Of a stretch of 64,000 nt of DNA, positions 1 to 9,807 are shown one piece after another. The stretch comes from Cyclobacteriaceae bacterium (GTDB lineage Bacteria; Bacteroidota; Bacteroidia; Cytophagales; Cyclobacteriaceae): contig CANGUK010000001.1 in NCBI GenBank assembly GCA_947457095.1, positions 3,064 through 67,063 on the forward strand, given 5' to 3'. The notes beneath the pieces were generated by a model. The model ran no database searches, was not told the origin of the DNA, and saw only the letters and a program-made list of their open reading frames with translations. How positions within the stretch are numbered: the stretch's first letter is position 1; each line of letters starts with the position of its first letter. Both the position numbers and the translations under genes were made by a program.

Positions 1-161
1 ATTTGTCTACTACCCTTCATCTTGTTTTCTTTTTTAACTAAGTAACAAATTAAATCATCTGAATTCATAATTGAATTGGTATTATGTAATTCAAGTACCA
101 ATACCGGACGTACCTGTTGTTACATATTTTTGACCAAATACTGAAATTTGGTTGCTCGACT

Positions 162-195
162 AAAAAAATAGGCTACCTAGTAACCTAGGCAGCCT
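162..195 (-). terminator. Intrinsic terminator of the rhodanese gene
   Basis: 11-bp stem AGGCTGCCTAG/CTAGGTAGCCT (one G-U) followed by a U-tract on the minus strand. Confidence 0.75.
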
Positions 196-222
196 CTTCG
201 AATGAAGTTGTATCTCTTTCAC

Positions 223-648
223 TTACCGCACCACCGGCAATCCCTGCTGTGCCCAACCTTGAATACCTCCTTGCAGGTGGTATACCTTGGTGTAGCCCTG
301 CTGAAGTAGCATCCGCGCGGCTTCCTCGCTTCGAGCCCCGACCGCACAGTACAGGTAGACTTCTTGGTCTTTAGAAATTTGGCTAACCTGATCTAGAAAA
401 TCAGCGCTGTAAAAGTCGATTTCCACCGCGCCTTCAATTTTGCCTTGGGCTACCTCGCCTGCCGTTCGCACATCTAGTACCGTGCCGGTGCTACTCTTCG
501 ATGCAAACTCCTGTGCACTCAATGTGATGACGGAAGTGTTCCTTGGTTGACTTGTATTTTCTGTATTTGCGGATTCTGTTTTGGAATTCGGTTGACAGCC
601 ATAGAGGCCTGCCATCAAAATTAAAGCGGAGAGGAGGGTAGTTTTCAT
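223..648 (-). CDS. Rhodanese-like domain lipoprotein
   Basis: Lipobox LYGC; VLDVRT, active-site loop YCAVGARS, C-terminal LQGGIQGW. Confidence 0.9.
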   Translation of the reverse strand: MKTTLLSALILMAGLYGCQPNSKTESANTENTSQPRNTSVITLSAQEFASKSSTGTVLDVRTAGEVAQGKIEGAVEIDFYSADFLDQVSQISKDQEVYLYCAVGARSEEAARMLLQQGYTKVYHLQGGIQGWAQQGLPVVR

Positions 649-691
649 AAGTTGAATTTTTACAAAATTAACAAATTCGCTACGGACTCTT

Positions 692-707
692 TGTGAGTTA
701 AGGCACA
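692..707 (-). promoter_or_regulatory. Crp-family-like operator upstream of the rhodanese gene
   Basis: TGTGA-N6-GCACA (9/10 to TGTGA-N6-TCACA); -7 element TAATTTTG at 670-663. Confidence 0.5.
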
Positions 708-740
708 GGAGACTGTCGACTAGGGATGGTTGACCGTTGC

Positions 741-1598
741 CTATAAAAATGCCATACTCATGGTTCCTATACCCATGATGACTTTAGCCAGGTTACTTAG
801 CTGCCCAAACTGCTCTTTTTTATCTGCACGATGAATTTTCCACATAAACCAGCAGAATAAGAACCCAAGCCCACCAAAATAATAATACAGTTGTGGGAGA
901 TCCAGCTGGAAAGTCACAGTAACTATCGAGCCTACAAAGGTGATCGCAATGATGTAAATCACCTGCTTGGTCTTGCGGAAACCAAGCACAATCGGCAAGG
1001 TCTTGGACCCATGGAGGCGATCGCCTTGTCGATCCTCAATATCCTTGAGCAGCTCACGAATTAGGGTTAAGAAAAAAGCAAAAAGTGCATAGGTAAAAAC
1101 GAGCAATTCATTTTTTTGAAAGTAATAGGCAACCAAATAGATCGAAAGGCTCGTTAAAAAGGCTACAGCTAGGTTGCCAATAAAAGGCTTGCGCTTGAGT
1201 CCATTGCAATACCACCAGAGCAGAACTCCCGCAAAAATAATGAGTGCTGCAACGCGAGGGGCCAGCACCCAACCTATGCCTATGGCAGCGAAGTTGAACA
1301 CCGTGTGGAGCATCAAAATCATTCTTCGTTTGATGCCTTTACCCACTACCACTGCCTTGGGGCGATTGATGTAGTCAATCTTGACATCGTAGTAATCGTT
1401 GATCATGTAGCCCGCTGCCGTAACCAGTAGCGTAGCTAGGATCAATAAGTAGAGCCGAAAATCCTGCAAGGTAGGAAGGCCTTGCCCATTGCTTTCTACT
1501 AAAAAATGTGCCGTCATCACTTGGGCAAAAGCAATCAGCAGCAAGTTGATCGGTATGCTGATTCTAAATAGGCTCCGAAGTGATAAGGTTCTTTCCAT
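741..1598 (-). CDS. UbiA-family prenyltransferase (DGGGP synthase-like)
   Basis: Multi-TM; INDYYDVKIDYINRP and KDIEDRQGD aspartate-rich motifs. Confidence 0.9.
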   Translation of the reverse strand: MERTLSLRSLFRISIPINLLLIAFAQVMTAHFLVESNGQGLPTLQDFRLYLLILATLLVTAAGYMINDYYDVKIDYINRPKAVVVGKGIKRRMILMLHTVFNFAAIGIGWVLAPRVAALIIFAGVLLWWYCNGLKRKPFIGNLAVAFLTSLSIYLVAYYFQKNELLVFTYALFAFFLTLIRELLKDIEDRQGDRLHGSKTLPIVLGFRKTKQVIYIIAITFVGSIVTVTFQLDLPQLYYYFGGLGFLFCWFMWKIHRADKKEQFGQLSNLAKVIMGIGTMSMAFL

Positions 1599-1739
1599 GA
1601 GTTACTTTGTCCATAAAAATAAGGGAATAAAAGGATGATTTGGGGATTATTTTTAGTTCACCAACTGAAATTCTAGTTCCTAATTTTGTCGAATTCAATG
1701 CTCCTTTTTCTTAACTTGACTATCTAGATCGATGCCGCT

Positions 1740-3110
1740 ATGAATACTTTTACTAATTCCTCAAGAAGAAACTTTATCAAACGCTCAGGTACTGCACTTG
1801 CAGGCTCCTTTTTGGTGCATCCCCTTGCGCAAGCCTTAAGCTTGTTTCCAAGCTTGGACCGCAAACTAAAACTCGTCCTGGTAGGTACTGGAGTACGTGG
1901 GCTTAGCATGTGGGGACGGGATGTGGTGAAGGCCTACAGCGACCGGGTCGAGTTTGTGGGTTTGTCCGACAAAAACGAGGGGCGCATGCAGCTAGGGAAG
2001 GCTTATTTGGAGGTGGATTGTCCGCTGTATCTAGATTTTGACCAAATGCTTCGCGAAACCAGCCCAGATGTGGTGATCGTGACCACGATGGATAGCACCC
2101 ATCACGAATTCATCATCAAGGGCTTGAATGCAGGCATGCACGTCATCACGGAAAAGCCAATGACTACCGATGAACAAAAGGTGCAAGCCATTTTGGATGC
2201 GGAGCGAAAGTCGGGCAAGCAGGTGCTGGTTACGTTCAATTACCGGTACTCGCCTCACCGTCAAAAACTCTATGAGCTCCTGAATGAAGGAGCCATCGGC
2301 AAGGTGACCTCAGTGGATTTCCATTGGTACCTAGACACCTCCCATGGGGCGGATTATTTTCGGCGTTGGCACGGCATCCAGGCACACAGTGGAAGCCTGT
2401 TGGTACACAAAGCTTCGCACCATTTTGACCTACTCAACTGGTGGCTAAACTCAGATCCAGAAGAAGTTTTTGCTTACGGCTCACTTGAATTTTATGGGAA
2501 AAATGGTCCTTTTCGATCCAAGTCCTGCAGAGGATGTCCCCATGCTTCTTCCTGTGATTTTTACTGGGACATTACCAAAAATGACTACCTCACCAAGCTG
2601 TATGTGGACAACGAAAAGTACGACGGCTACTTACGAGATGGATGCGTGTTTCGAGAAGAAATCGACAGCTTCGATAAAATGGCAGTTCAGATCCGCTACA
2701 AAAATAAGGTGCAGGTGAGTTATTCTTTGACAACCTACTCACCCTACGAGGGCTATCGAATAGCCTTTAATGGAACCGAAGGAAGGCTGGAGGCATGGAT
2801 CAAAGAAAGTCAGCCTTGGGAGGAAAATAACGAGGATGAATTGGTGCTGGTCAAGAATTTTGGGGAGCGATCCATTATCCCGGTACCTCATGGATTGGGA
2901 GGACATGGTGGAGGAGATATACGGCTTAAGGACAAACTTTTTCTTGATCCCAACCAAGCCGACCCTTGGCGACAGTCCGCAGGGAGCCGAGATGGAGCGA
3001 TGTCCTGCCTTATTGGAATTGCTGCGAGGCATTCTATCGAGCAAGGCAAACCGATTCGCATTCAAGATCTGACTACAATTCCATTGCAGGAGTCAGGTAG
3101 GGGAGCCTAA
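1740..3110 (+). CDS. Tat-exported Gfo/Idh/MocA oxidoreductase (YteT-like)
   Basis: SRRNFIK twin-arginine motif; VGTGVRG Rossmann; EKP motif; HHFD; CxxC-x5-C insertion. Confidence 0.88.
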   Translation: MNTFTNSSRRNFIKRSGTALAGSFLVHPLAQALSLFPSLDRKLKLVLVGTGVRGLSMWGRDVVKAYSDRVEFVGLSDKNEGRMQLGKAYLEVDCPLYLDFDQMLRETSPDVVIVTTMDSTHHEFIIKGLNAGMHVITEKPMTTDEQKVQAILDAERKSGKQVLVTFNYRYSPHRQKLYELLNEGAIGKVTSVDFHWYLDTSHGADYFRRWHGIQAHSGSLLVHKASHHFDLLNWWLNSDPEEVFAYGSLEFYGKNGPFRSKSCRGCPHASSCDFYWDITKNDYLTKLYVDNEKYDGYLRDGCVFREEIDSFDKMAVQIRYKNKVQVSYSLTTYSPYEGYRIAFNGTEGRLEAWIKESQPWEENNEDELVLVKNFGERSIIPVPHGLGGHGGGDIRLKDKLFLDPNQADPWRQSAGSRDGAMSCLIGIAARHSIEQGKPIRIQDLTTIPLQESGRGA

Positions 3111-3128
3111 CCGTGATAGGCTTTTTTT
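3104..3128 (+). terminator. Intrinsic terminator between convergent genes
   Basis: AGCCTA-loop-TAGGCT followed by T-run. Confidence 0.55.
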
Positions 3129-4002
3129 AGTCATCTCCCCTTACCGTGGAAACAGCCTCTGGTTGAAGATCTACCAGAGCAACGGCCCCATGGATGGCTG
3201 TTTCATCTAGATCAGATACGAGCAGTTGAAGTTTGGCCAAGACACTTGCATAGGGAAAAGTTTGCAAGGTGGCTCGCAAGGATTTTTCAAATAAGGGGAA
3301 GGTCTTCCGGATGGAGCCACCTAAGACGATGGCTTCGGGGGCAAGGGAAAAAAGGATCACTTTGAGCAGTTCCCCAACATGGTTTCCAAATTCTTCAAAG
3401 GCCTTCAAGGCTACCGGATCTCCTTCTTGTGCTAATTTGGCCAGGGCCTTAGGACGACTTTTGTACACGCGATCGAAAAATTTGCCGCTGCAGTAATCCT
3501 CAAAGGTGCCATCCAAGTAGGAGACACCACACCATTCTCCGGCGGCAGAATTGACTCCCGAATACAACTTGTTGTGGATGATGATTCCACCACCTACTCC
3601 GGTACCTAGGGTGATGCCCACGAGATTTTGGAATTCGTTGCCTACCCCAAATTTATGCACGCCTAGGGCAAAGCAATTTGCGTCATTGTTGATGTAAACA
3701 GGCTTTCCAAATCGAGCCGTCAAAAACTTTCGCAATTCTACATGCTGAAAGGAGGGGATATTGGCCAAGCCCAAGACAACACCTTCCTTCGGATCCACCA
3801 ATCCTGGAATCCCAATTCCGATTCCTTCAAAGGAGTAGGGGAGGTAACTTTCAATAAAGGTAGCCAAGGCTTCCAAAATCACATCCTGACTTTCGAGCGC
3901 AGGTGTGGGTATACTTCGGATGTCTTGGAGACGACCCGATACCAGCACGCCAGCCTTGATGCTGGTGCCACCAATGTCGATGCCTAGAATAACGTGTTCC
4001 AT
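3127..4002 (-). CDS. ROK-family sugar kinase (GlcNAc/glucose kinase-like)
   Basis: GIDIGGT, NNDANC, LGTGVGGG motifs; directly downstream of nagB. Confidence 0.9.
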   Translation of the reverse strand: MEHVILGIDIGGTSIKAGVLVSGRLQDIRSIPTPALESQDVILEALATFIESYLPYSFEGIGIGIPGLVDPKEGVVLGLANIPSFQHVELRKFLTARFGKPVYINNDANCFALGVHKFGVGNEFQNLVGITLGTGVGGGIIIHNKLYSGVNSAAGEWCGVSYLDGTFEDYCSGKFFDRVYKSRPKALAKLAQEGDPVALKAFEEFGNHVGELLKVILFSLAPEAIVLGGSIRKTFPLFEKSLRATLQTFPYASVLAKLQLLVSDLDETAIHGAVALVDLQPEAVSTVRGDD

Positions 4003-4082
4003 TCGAAAAAAGGGGTTAATGGGAGCGAAAATACCTGACTGGTGAAAATCAGGAAATTAAGTTGAATAACTAAAGCGGCATG

Positions 4083-6410
4083 TTAGAGCATGCCTTCGAT
4101 GGATTTTTCGAGTTCTCGGGCAGTAGCCAAAAACTCATCTACATTCATGTCTCGGAAGAAAATCAAGCCATGACTTGCACGAACCTTCGCATGTTCGTGT
4201 TGGTAGAAGTAATTTTTACCGAGCAGCAATTGGATGTCATTGAGTTGACCTACCCAGGTGCGCTTGGCTACCGTGCTAAACTTTCCATTGTGGGAGTAAC
4301 TCGGGAAGGAGGCCTTGACCTGGCTGAGGTAGCAGTTGGCAAAGGAGTCTTCCATCACGGCCATGTCGCCTAGGGAAACAGGCACGATGACATTTGCTTC
4401 ATGGGGTTCAAATTTGAACCACACATTTCGGTACCCGATGATGCGCAACTTGCTGGTATCGGTTTCTTCAGACCATTTTTTGACTGCCGCGGCAGTGGCT
4501 TGCAGCACCTTGTAATGCGTATCGGGACCAGAACCTTCTGGATCTAATGTGAGACTCAATTTGGTAGGTTTGATTTTTCGAAGCATGTCCACGATGGGTT
4601 CCACATCGCGGGTTTTGTCTGGTTGCTCGGTGAAAATATCTCCCGTATAAAATCCAAGTCTCAGGTGGTGTACATTTTTTACCTGCACGCCAAAGTGTGC
4701 CCAAACCAATTCTTCCTCAAACTCGCGAATCATCCCTTTCAACTTTTGAATTTTGGGTGGATTTTTTTCACCATCGTAGGAATTCTTCAGGATGCTGAGC
4801 ACTTCGTTGATGGTTTCACGGAGCTGCTCCTTATTCTTAATCTCCCAGACAATACAGAGAGCTCGTACCACGCGATGGCAGAGTCCTCTTGAGCGGGCTG
4901 CCGCATTTTCCGAGGCTACATTGGTCAAGAAATGGTACACGTCCTTGTCCGTTTTGAGGCTATATCCTACCTCAAAAAAGTCCTCGTAATTGGTCATCTG
5001 GATTTTTCCTTCATCCAACAATTTCTTGGTATGGAGCAAGGTGTCGATGACAAATCGGTTGGTGACTGCCGTAAAACCCGAAGTGAGCACTGAGAAATGC
5101 GCTTGGTTGCTCGGATCATGCAATTGATTGGTGATGTGGGGCAAGATTCCCAAGGAAATATCGTCGTGGTGCGGTCCGGTGTGGAGGAGCACTTCATTTT
5201 GTTCCTGCTCCAGTCCTTTGGAAATTTTCGAGGAGATGCTTTGGATCACCCGGTTTACTGTTTCTTCGGATAGATCAGGGATTTGTTTGCAGTAGGGATC
5301 TGTCTTCAAATCTTCCAACTTGAGCCGGTGACCATAGGTATTCTTTTTCTTGCAAAGTTCGATGACCGCGCGCTCTGTTTTTTCAAAGGTCCAAGGGCCT
5401 GTTTGGTAATAGGCATCTATGGAGTCGGTGAGTTTGACCGCAGCGCCTCGGGTGAGGTAAAATCGCCCTTGAGTCAGCTTTTGAAGTATGGTCGCCGGGT
5501 ATTGGGTAGTAGGGCTAGACTCTAAGGAGTCCCGAACAATCCCAGCTTTGGCCTCACCCGCAGCGATGACGATACCCACTGCATTGGGATTGTAGACGAT
5601 GGTGTCCAAACCAATGGTGATGACTAGTCGGTTGGCTGAAATCTCAATTCCACCCAAGTCTCCCGCTGCGACGGCTTGGGTTTCAAAATTGGTTTCGGTA
5701 AGTCGAGTCACCGAGTAAGGATGTGATCCTCGGGTATTGAAAGCGATGTGCCCATCTGGACCTATGCCTCCCAGAAAAAATCCAATTCCTCCCTTTGCTC
5801 GAATCCGTTGCTCGTATTCCCCACACCACTGGTCGATGAGGTAAATGGAGGTTTGCTGGAGTTGCTCCAACTCATTCACTGGATCTCTGAAGCGAAGGCT
5901 AAGGTCTACTTTTAGGTCAGGGAAAATCTTGTTGAAGCGCTTTCCTTCTGCCAAGGAGATTTCATCGGAATTGATGAGGATTGCTTTTTCCTTGGATAGG
6001 CCAAATCCGCTGAGGTAAAACTTGTTGACGTAATCGTAGAAACTGTTGTGCTGCTTGGAAGAAATCGGATAAAACTCGTCGATCTGTACGAAGGTGAGTT
6101 CCTGAAGGCTGGGTTTTTTGGTGTTTCCTAGGCCGTATTTTTCCCGAACCTCCTTACCCTTTTTGGTATCCCAGTTTTCAAGTAGAAACTGGGTCCATTT
6201 GATAAAGTATTCCGGTGTCTTGCCTGTGGGAAGGCTGACCACTCCTTCCGGATTTGCTGCTACCCACTCGAGAAAGCGGCAAGCTGTGAGCAGACCTAGC
6301 TTGGGGAAGTTGTCCACCAAGAGGTAGGGGAGCTGGGTAGTCATTTTGGTAACACCAGATTCTGCTAAGAAAGCCTTTTCTACTTCGGAAAACTGAGGGG
6401 TTGCGTGCAT
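4083..6410 (-). CDS. nagB: Glucosamine-6-phosphate deaminase fused to a PIG-L/LmbE-like domain
   Basis: LPTGKTP, QIDEFY, GGIGPDGHIAFN in the N-half; GPHHDD and DTH motifs in the C-half. Confidence 0.85.
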   Translation of the reverse strand: MHATPQFSEVEKAFLAESGVTKMTTQLPYLLVDNFPKLGLLTACRFLEWVAANPEGVVSLPTGKTPEYFIKWTQFLLENWDTKKGKEVREKYGLGNTKKPSLQELTFVQIDEFYPISSKQHNSFYDYVNKFYLSGFGLSKEKAILINSDEISLAEGKRFNKIFPDLKVDLSLRFRDPVNELEQLQQTSIYLIDQWCGEYEQRIRAKGGIGFFLGGIGPDGHIAFNTRGSHPYSVTRLTETNFETQAVAAGDLGGIEISANRLVITIGLDTIVYNPNAVGIVIAAGEAKAGIVRDSLESSPTTQYPATILQKLTQGRFYLTRGAAVKLTDSIDAYYQTGPWTFEKTERAVIELCKKKNTYGHRLKLEDLKTDPYCKQIPDLSEETVNRVIQSISSKISKGLEQEQNEVLLHTGPHHDDISLGILPHITNQLHDPSNQAHFSVLTSGFTAVTNRFVIDTLLHTKKLLDEGKIQMTNYEDFFEVGYSLKTDKDVYHFLTNVASENAAARSRGLCHRVVRALCIVWEIKNKEQLRETINEVLSILKNSYDGEKNPPKIQKLKGMIREFEEELVWAHFGVQVKNVHHLRLGFYTGDIFTEQPDKTRDVEPIVDMLRKIKPTKLSLTLDPEGSGPDTHYKVLQATAAAVKKWSEETDTSKLRIIGYRNVWFKFEPHEANVIVPVSLGDMAVMEDSFANCYLSQVKASFPSYSHNGKFSTVAKRTWVGQLNDIQLLLGKNYFYQHEHAKVRASHGLIFFRDMNVDEFLATARELEKSIEGML

Positions 6411-6604
6411 GAGAACAGTCGTTGAAGGATAAAACGAGAACTTCCCATAAAAGGCTCACATTTAAGAAAAGAGAGCGGAGAATGGGTTAATCAAATCTAA
6501 AAAACTTTGGAAATAAAACCGAATACTTTAATAAAAAAATTAAAGAAGTTTGATTTAAAATCAAAAAATATAAATTATTCAAAACACCGCATTTCAGGGA
6601 GTAT

Positions 6605-6639
6605 AAAAAAAAATACCTCAGAGAAACCTCTGAGGTATT
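6605..6639 (-). terminator. Intrinsic terminator of sucD
   Basis: Perfect 12-bp stem AATACCTCAGAG/CTCTGAGGTATT with an adjacent A-tract on +. Confidence 0.85.
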
Positions 6640-6670
6640 GAGAAGGGCTTAGGGCCCGAAATAGCTTAGA

Positions 6671-7552
6671 TTAAGCAGTTACGCCAAGGGCTTTGGCCAT
6701 TGTGGCTCCGATTTCGGCAGGAGATTCAGCCACCAAGATTCCGTTTTCGCGCATGATTCGCATTTTTGCAGCTGCGGTATCGTCCGCACCACCGATGATG
6801 GCACCTGCGTGACCCATTCTACGGCCTGGAGGGGCTGTTTGTCCAGCAATAAAGCCTACTACCGGCTTCTTATTGCCTGTTTCACGGATCCAACGCGCCG
6901 CTTCTGCTTCGTAATTACCACCAATCTCACCGATCATGATGATGGCGTCGGTTTCTGGATCATTCATCAATAGTTCTACTGCCTGCTTGGTAGAGGTTCC
7001 AATGATCGGGTCACCACCGATGCCAATCGCAGTAGATACACCAAGACCTGCCTTAGCTACTTGGTCAGCCGCTTCGTAGGTTAAGGTTCCTGATTTGGAA
7101 ACGATCCCTATTCTTCCCGACTTGAAGACAAAACCAGGCATGATGCCCACTTTTGCTTCGCCTGGAGTGATTACTCCTGGACAGTTGGGTCCAATTAATG
7201 TGCAACCTCTTTCTTTGATGTAAGGTTTGGCACGCATCATGTCTGCCACTGGAATCCCTTCCGTGATGGCGATGATCACTTTGATGCCTGCATCAGCTGC
7301 TTCCATGATGGCATCCGCTGCAAATGCAGGGGGCACAAAAATAATGGAAGTGTCTGCACCAGTCTTTTGTACCGCTTCCTCTACTGAATTGAACACAGGC
7401 TTCTCCAAATGCAAGGTGCCTCCTTTGCCTGGGGTCACACCCCCTACGACTTGGGTACCATATTCAATCATTTGTTGAGCGTGGAAGGAACCCTCAGATC
7501 CAGTAAATCCTTGAACGATAACTTTTGAATTTTTATTAACTAGTACACTCAT
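6671..7552 (-). CDS. sucD: Succinyl-CoA synthetase alpha subunit (start corrected to MSVLVNK)
   Basis: [21 protein letters not shown], phospho-His motif RMGHAGA. Confidence 0.97.
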   Translation of the reverse strand: MSVLVNKNSKVIVQGFTGSEGSFHAQQMIEYGTQVVGGVTPGKGGTLHLEKPVFNSVEEAVQKTGADTSIIFVPPAFAADAIMEAADAGIKVIIAITEGIPVADMMRAKPYIKERGCTLIGPNCPGVITPGEAKVGIMPGFVFKSGRIGIVSKSGTLTYEAADQVAKAGLGVSTAIGIGGDPIIGTSTKQAVELLMNDPETDAIIMIGEIGGNYEAEAARWIRETGNKKPVVGFIAGQTAPPGRRMGHAGAIIGGADDTAAAKMRIMRENGILVAESPAEIGATMAKALGVTA

Positions 7553-7845
7553 GATGCGCTTTTTATTGTTTCGCACAAAAATAGAAGAAAGCACCCCCCA
7601 TTCAAAAGAAAATGGAAACATTCTATTCGAATTTTAAGCCTATCCCCGAATACGGATTCTCCATCACTTCTTTTCACAAAAAAGGAGATGCCTACTCCTT
7701 CAGTTTACGGTCAAGAATCAATCAAAAATCAAAAATCTTCGTTTCTGTTCAAAAAGGTCAGCAATTTGTAGACCTAAAAAATTAACTTTGGGATGGCCGA
7801 TTGGATGGATTTGGAAACCATTCATCCGCCTAGAACTTGGATTTC

Positions 7846-8478
7846 ATGTTGCTACAAACCACTTCACTCCGCTTTGCCTACCCCGGACAAGCCCCGATTT
7901 CCTTTCCGGATATTTCCCTTGCGGGAGGGGAGGCACTCCTGCTCCTAGGCCAATCTGGGTCTGGCAAAACGACCCTACTCAACCTGCTCGCTGGACTACT
8001 TACTCCGAGCCAAGGAACTGTGATGCTGGATGGGGTCAACCTATCCGCACTCAAAGGTCATCGCTTGGATTTGTTTCGAGGGCAGCATATCGGAATTGTA
8101 TTCCAAAAGCCGCATTTGATTGCTGCGCTTTCGGTGAAACAAAATTTAGAATTGGCGCAATTTTTTGGAAAGAAAAAAGGGCTCTCTCCTGCAGACTTGC
8201 TCCAAGACTTGGGCCTGGCAGCCAAAGCAACTGCTGCAATTGGTACGCTCAGCGAAGGGGAAGCCCAGCGGGTATCCATCGCACGCGCATTGGTCAACTC
8301 ACCCAAACTGATCCTAGCCGATGAGCCTACCTCCAGTTTGGATGACCTGCATGCCCAGCGGGTGATCCAGCTCTTGAAAGCGCAAGCGGCAAAAATTGGT
8401 GCAGCCTTAATTATTGTCACGCACGATCAGCGTGTCAAATCAGAAGTTTCTCAGGTCCTAGAAGTGAAAAGCGTATGA
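7846..8478 (+). CDS. ABC transporter ATP-binding protein (LolD/MacB-like)
   Basis: Walker A GQSGSGKT, signature LSEGEAQR, Walker B LILADEP, VTHD. Confidence 0.92.
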   Translation: MLLQTTSLRFAYPGQAPISFPDISLAGGEALLLLGQSGSGKTTLLNLLAGLLTPSQGTVMLDGVNLSALKGHRLDLFRGQHIGIVFQKPHLIAALSVKQNLELAQFFGKKKGLSPADLLQDLGLAAKATAAIGTLSEGEAQRVSIARALVNSPKLILADEPTSSLDDLHAQRVIQLLKAQAAKIGAALIIVTHDQRVKSEVSQVLEVKSV

Positions 8479-9785
8479 ATCTCCTAACCCTCAGTTGGAA
8501 ATACCTCAGCTTTCGGCCACTTTCTACTGGCCTGAATGCAATTTTATTGGCTTTTGGTTTAGCCATCATTACCGTATTGCTCCTGGTACAGCACCAGTTT
8601 GAGCAGAAGATGACCCGAGATGCCGCAGGCATTGACCTGGTAGTTGGCGCAAAGGGAAGTCCGCTCCAATTGATCTTGGCTTCTGTCTACCACATTGATT
8701 TTCCTACGGGAAATATCAAGATGGAAGAAGCGCAGCGCATCTCTCGAAATCGACTGGTGAAGCAAGTGATCCCGCTTGCCATGGGAGACAATATGCAAGG
8801 GTTTCGAATTGTAGGTACCAACCACGATTACCTCTCGCTCTATGAAGTGTCTTTTGCCACGGGAAAGGCCTGGGAATTCCCTTTTGAAGTGATCCTTGGG
8901 TCCAGTGCTGCACAGGCGCTTGGCTTGAAATTGGGAGACACCTTTACTGGAAGTCATGGAATCAGCGTGGGGAGCCATGATCACGACCAACAGCAATTTA
9001 AAGTGACTGGGATTTTAGCGCCTACAGGAAAGGTGGTGGACCGCTTGGTGCTCACCAGCATCGAATCCGTTTGGTATACCCACGATGAGCAAGGGGAGGA
9101 GTCGATCGCTACAGAGGAAGTGGCACTGCCACTAGAAGAAGGTGCTACCCATGAAGAAGAGGCCCATGATGCCCATTCAGAAGCCATGGACCCGCTCAAG
9201 GTGCCTGTTGCTACCCAAGGATTTCCTGCCTCCAACCAAGAGCGAGAAGTCACTTCCTTGTTGGTTCGCTACCGCAATCCCATGGCAGCGATCCAGTTGC
9301 CCCGAATGATAAACTCGGCTACTTCCATGCAGGCCGCCTCCCCAGCATTTGAAATGTCTCGACTATTTGAACTACTTGGCGTGGGCATTAGTCTCTTGCA
9401 GGGTTTGGCCATAGCCCTAGTAATAATTGCAGGACTGAGCATTTTTATCGCCCTCTACAATTCCTTGAAAGAGCGGAAATACGATCTGGCGATTCTACGG
9501 GCCTTGGGTGCCTCTCGGGCGCAATTGGTGACTTTGGTATTTCTGGAAGGGATTTCGCTCACCACTTTGGGAGCGCTCTTAGGGATTGCTTTTGGGCATG
9601 GCTTTTTAGCAATTATCGTGGAATTGACTTCCCAAGAAGTAGTTTCTTTGGTGGATCCTTGGGTATTCTTACCTGAAGAAGGATTCATTTTCGGTTATGC
9701 TTTGGCCGTGGGAATGCTGGCCTCCTTGATACCAGCCTGGTCGGCTTACCAAACGAGTATTGCAAAGCAACTTACAAAGACGTAA
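8475..9785 (+). CDS. FtsX/MacB-type permease with His/Glu-rich periplasmic loops
   Basis: DLVVGAKGSPLQL motif, 1+3 TM topology, AILRALGAS; ATGA overlap with the ATPase. Confidence 0.88.
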   Translation: MNLLTLSWKYLSFRPLSTGLNAILLAFGLAIITVLLLVQHQFEQKMTRDAAGIDLVVGAKGSPLQLILASVYHIDFPTGNIKMEEAQRISRNRLVKQVIPLAMGDNMQGFRIVGTNHDYLSLYEVSFATGKAWEFPFEVILGSSAAQALGLKLGDTFTGSHGISVGSHDHDQQQFKVTGILAPTGKVVDRLVLTSIESVWYTHDEQGEESIATEEVALPLEEGATHEEEAHDAHSEAMDPLKVPVATQGFPASNQEREVTSLLVRYRNPMAAIQLPRMINSATSMQAASPAFEMSRLFELLGVGISLLQGLAIALVIIAGLSIFIALYNSLKERKYDLAILRALGASRAQLVTLVFLEGISLTTLGALLGIAFGHGFLAIIVELTSQEVVSLVDPWVFLPEEGFIFGYALAVGMLASLIPAWSAYQTSIAKQLTKT

Positions 9786-9807
9786 TTAGCATAAAATTTA
9801 AAGCAAG

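Noticed and set aside
1-20. Possible start of a minus-strand gene (MKGSRQ...) at the window edge
   Set aside because: Only six codons are visible, so it cannot be supported.
6671-7552. sucD without adjacent sucC
   Set aside because: Split sucC/sucD is ordinary in Bacteroidota.
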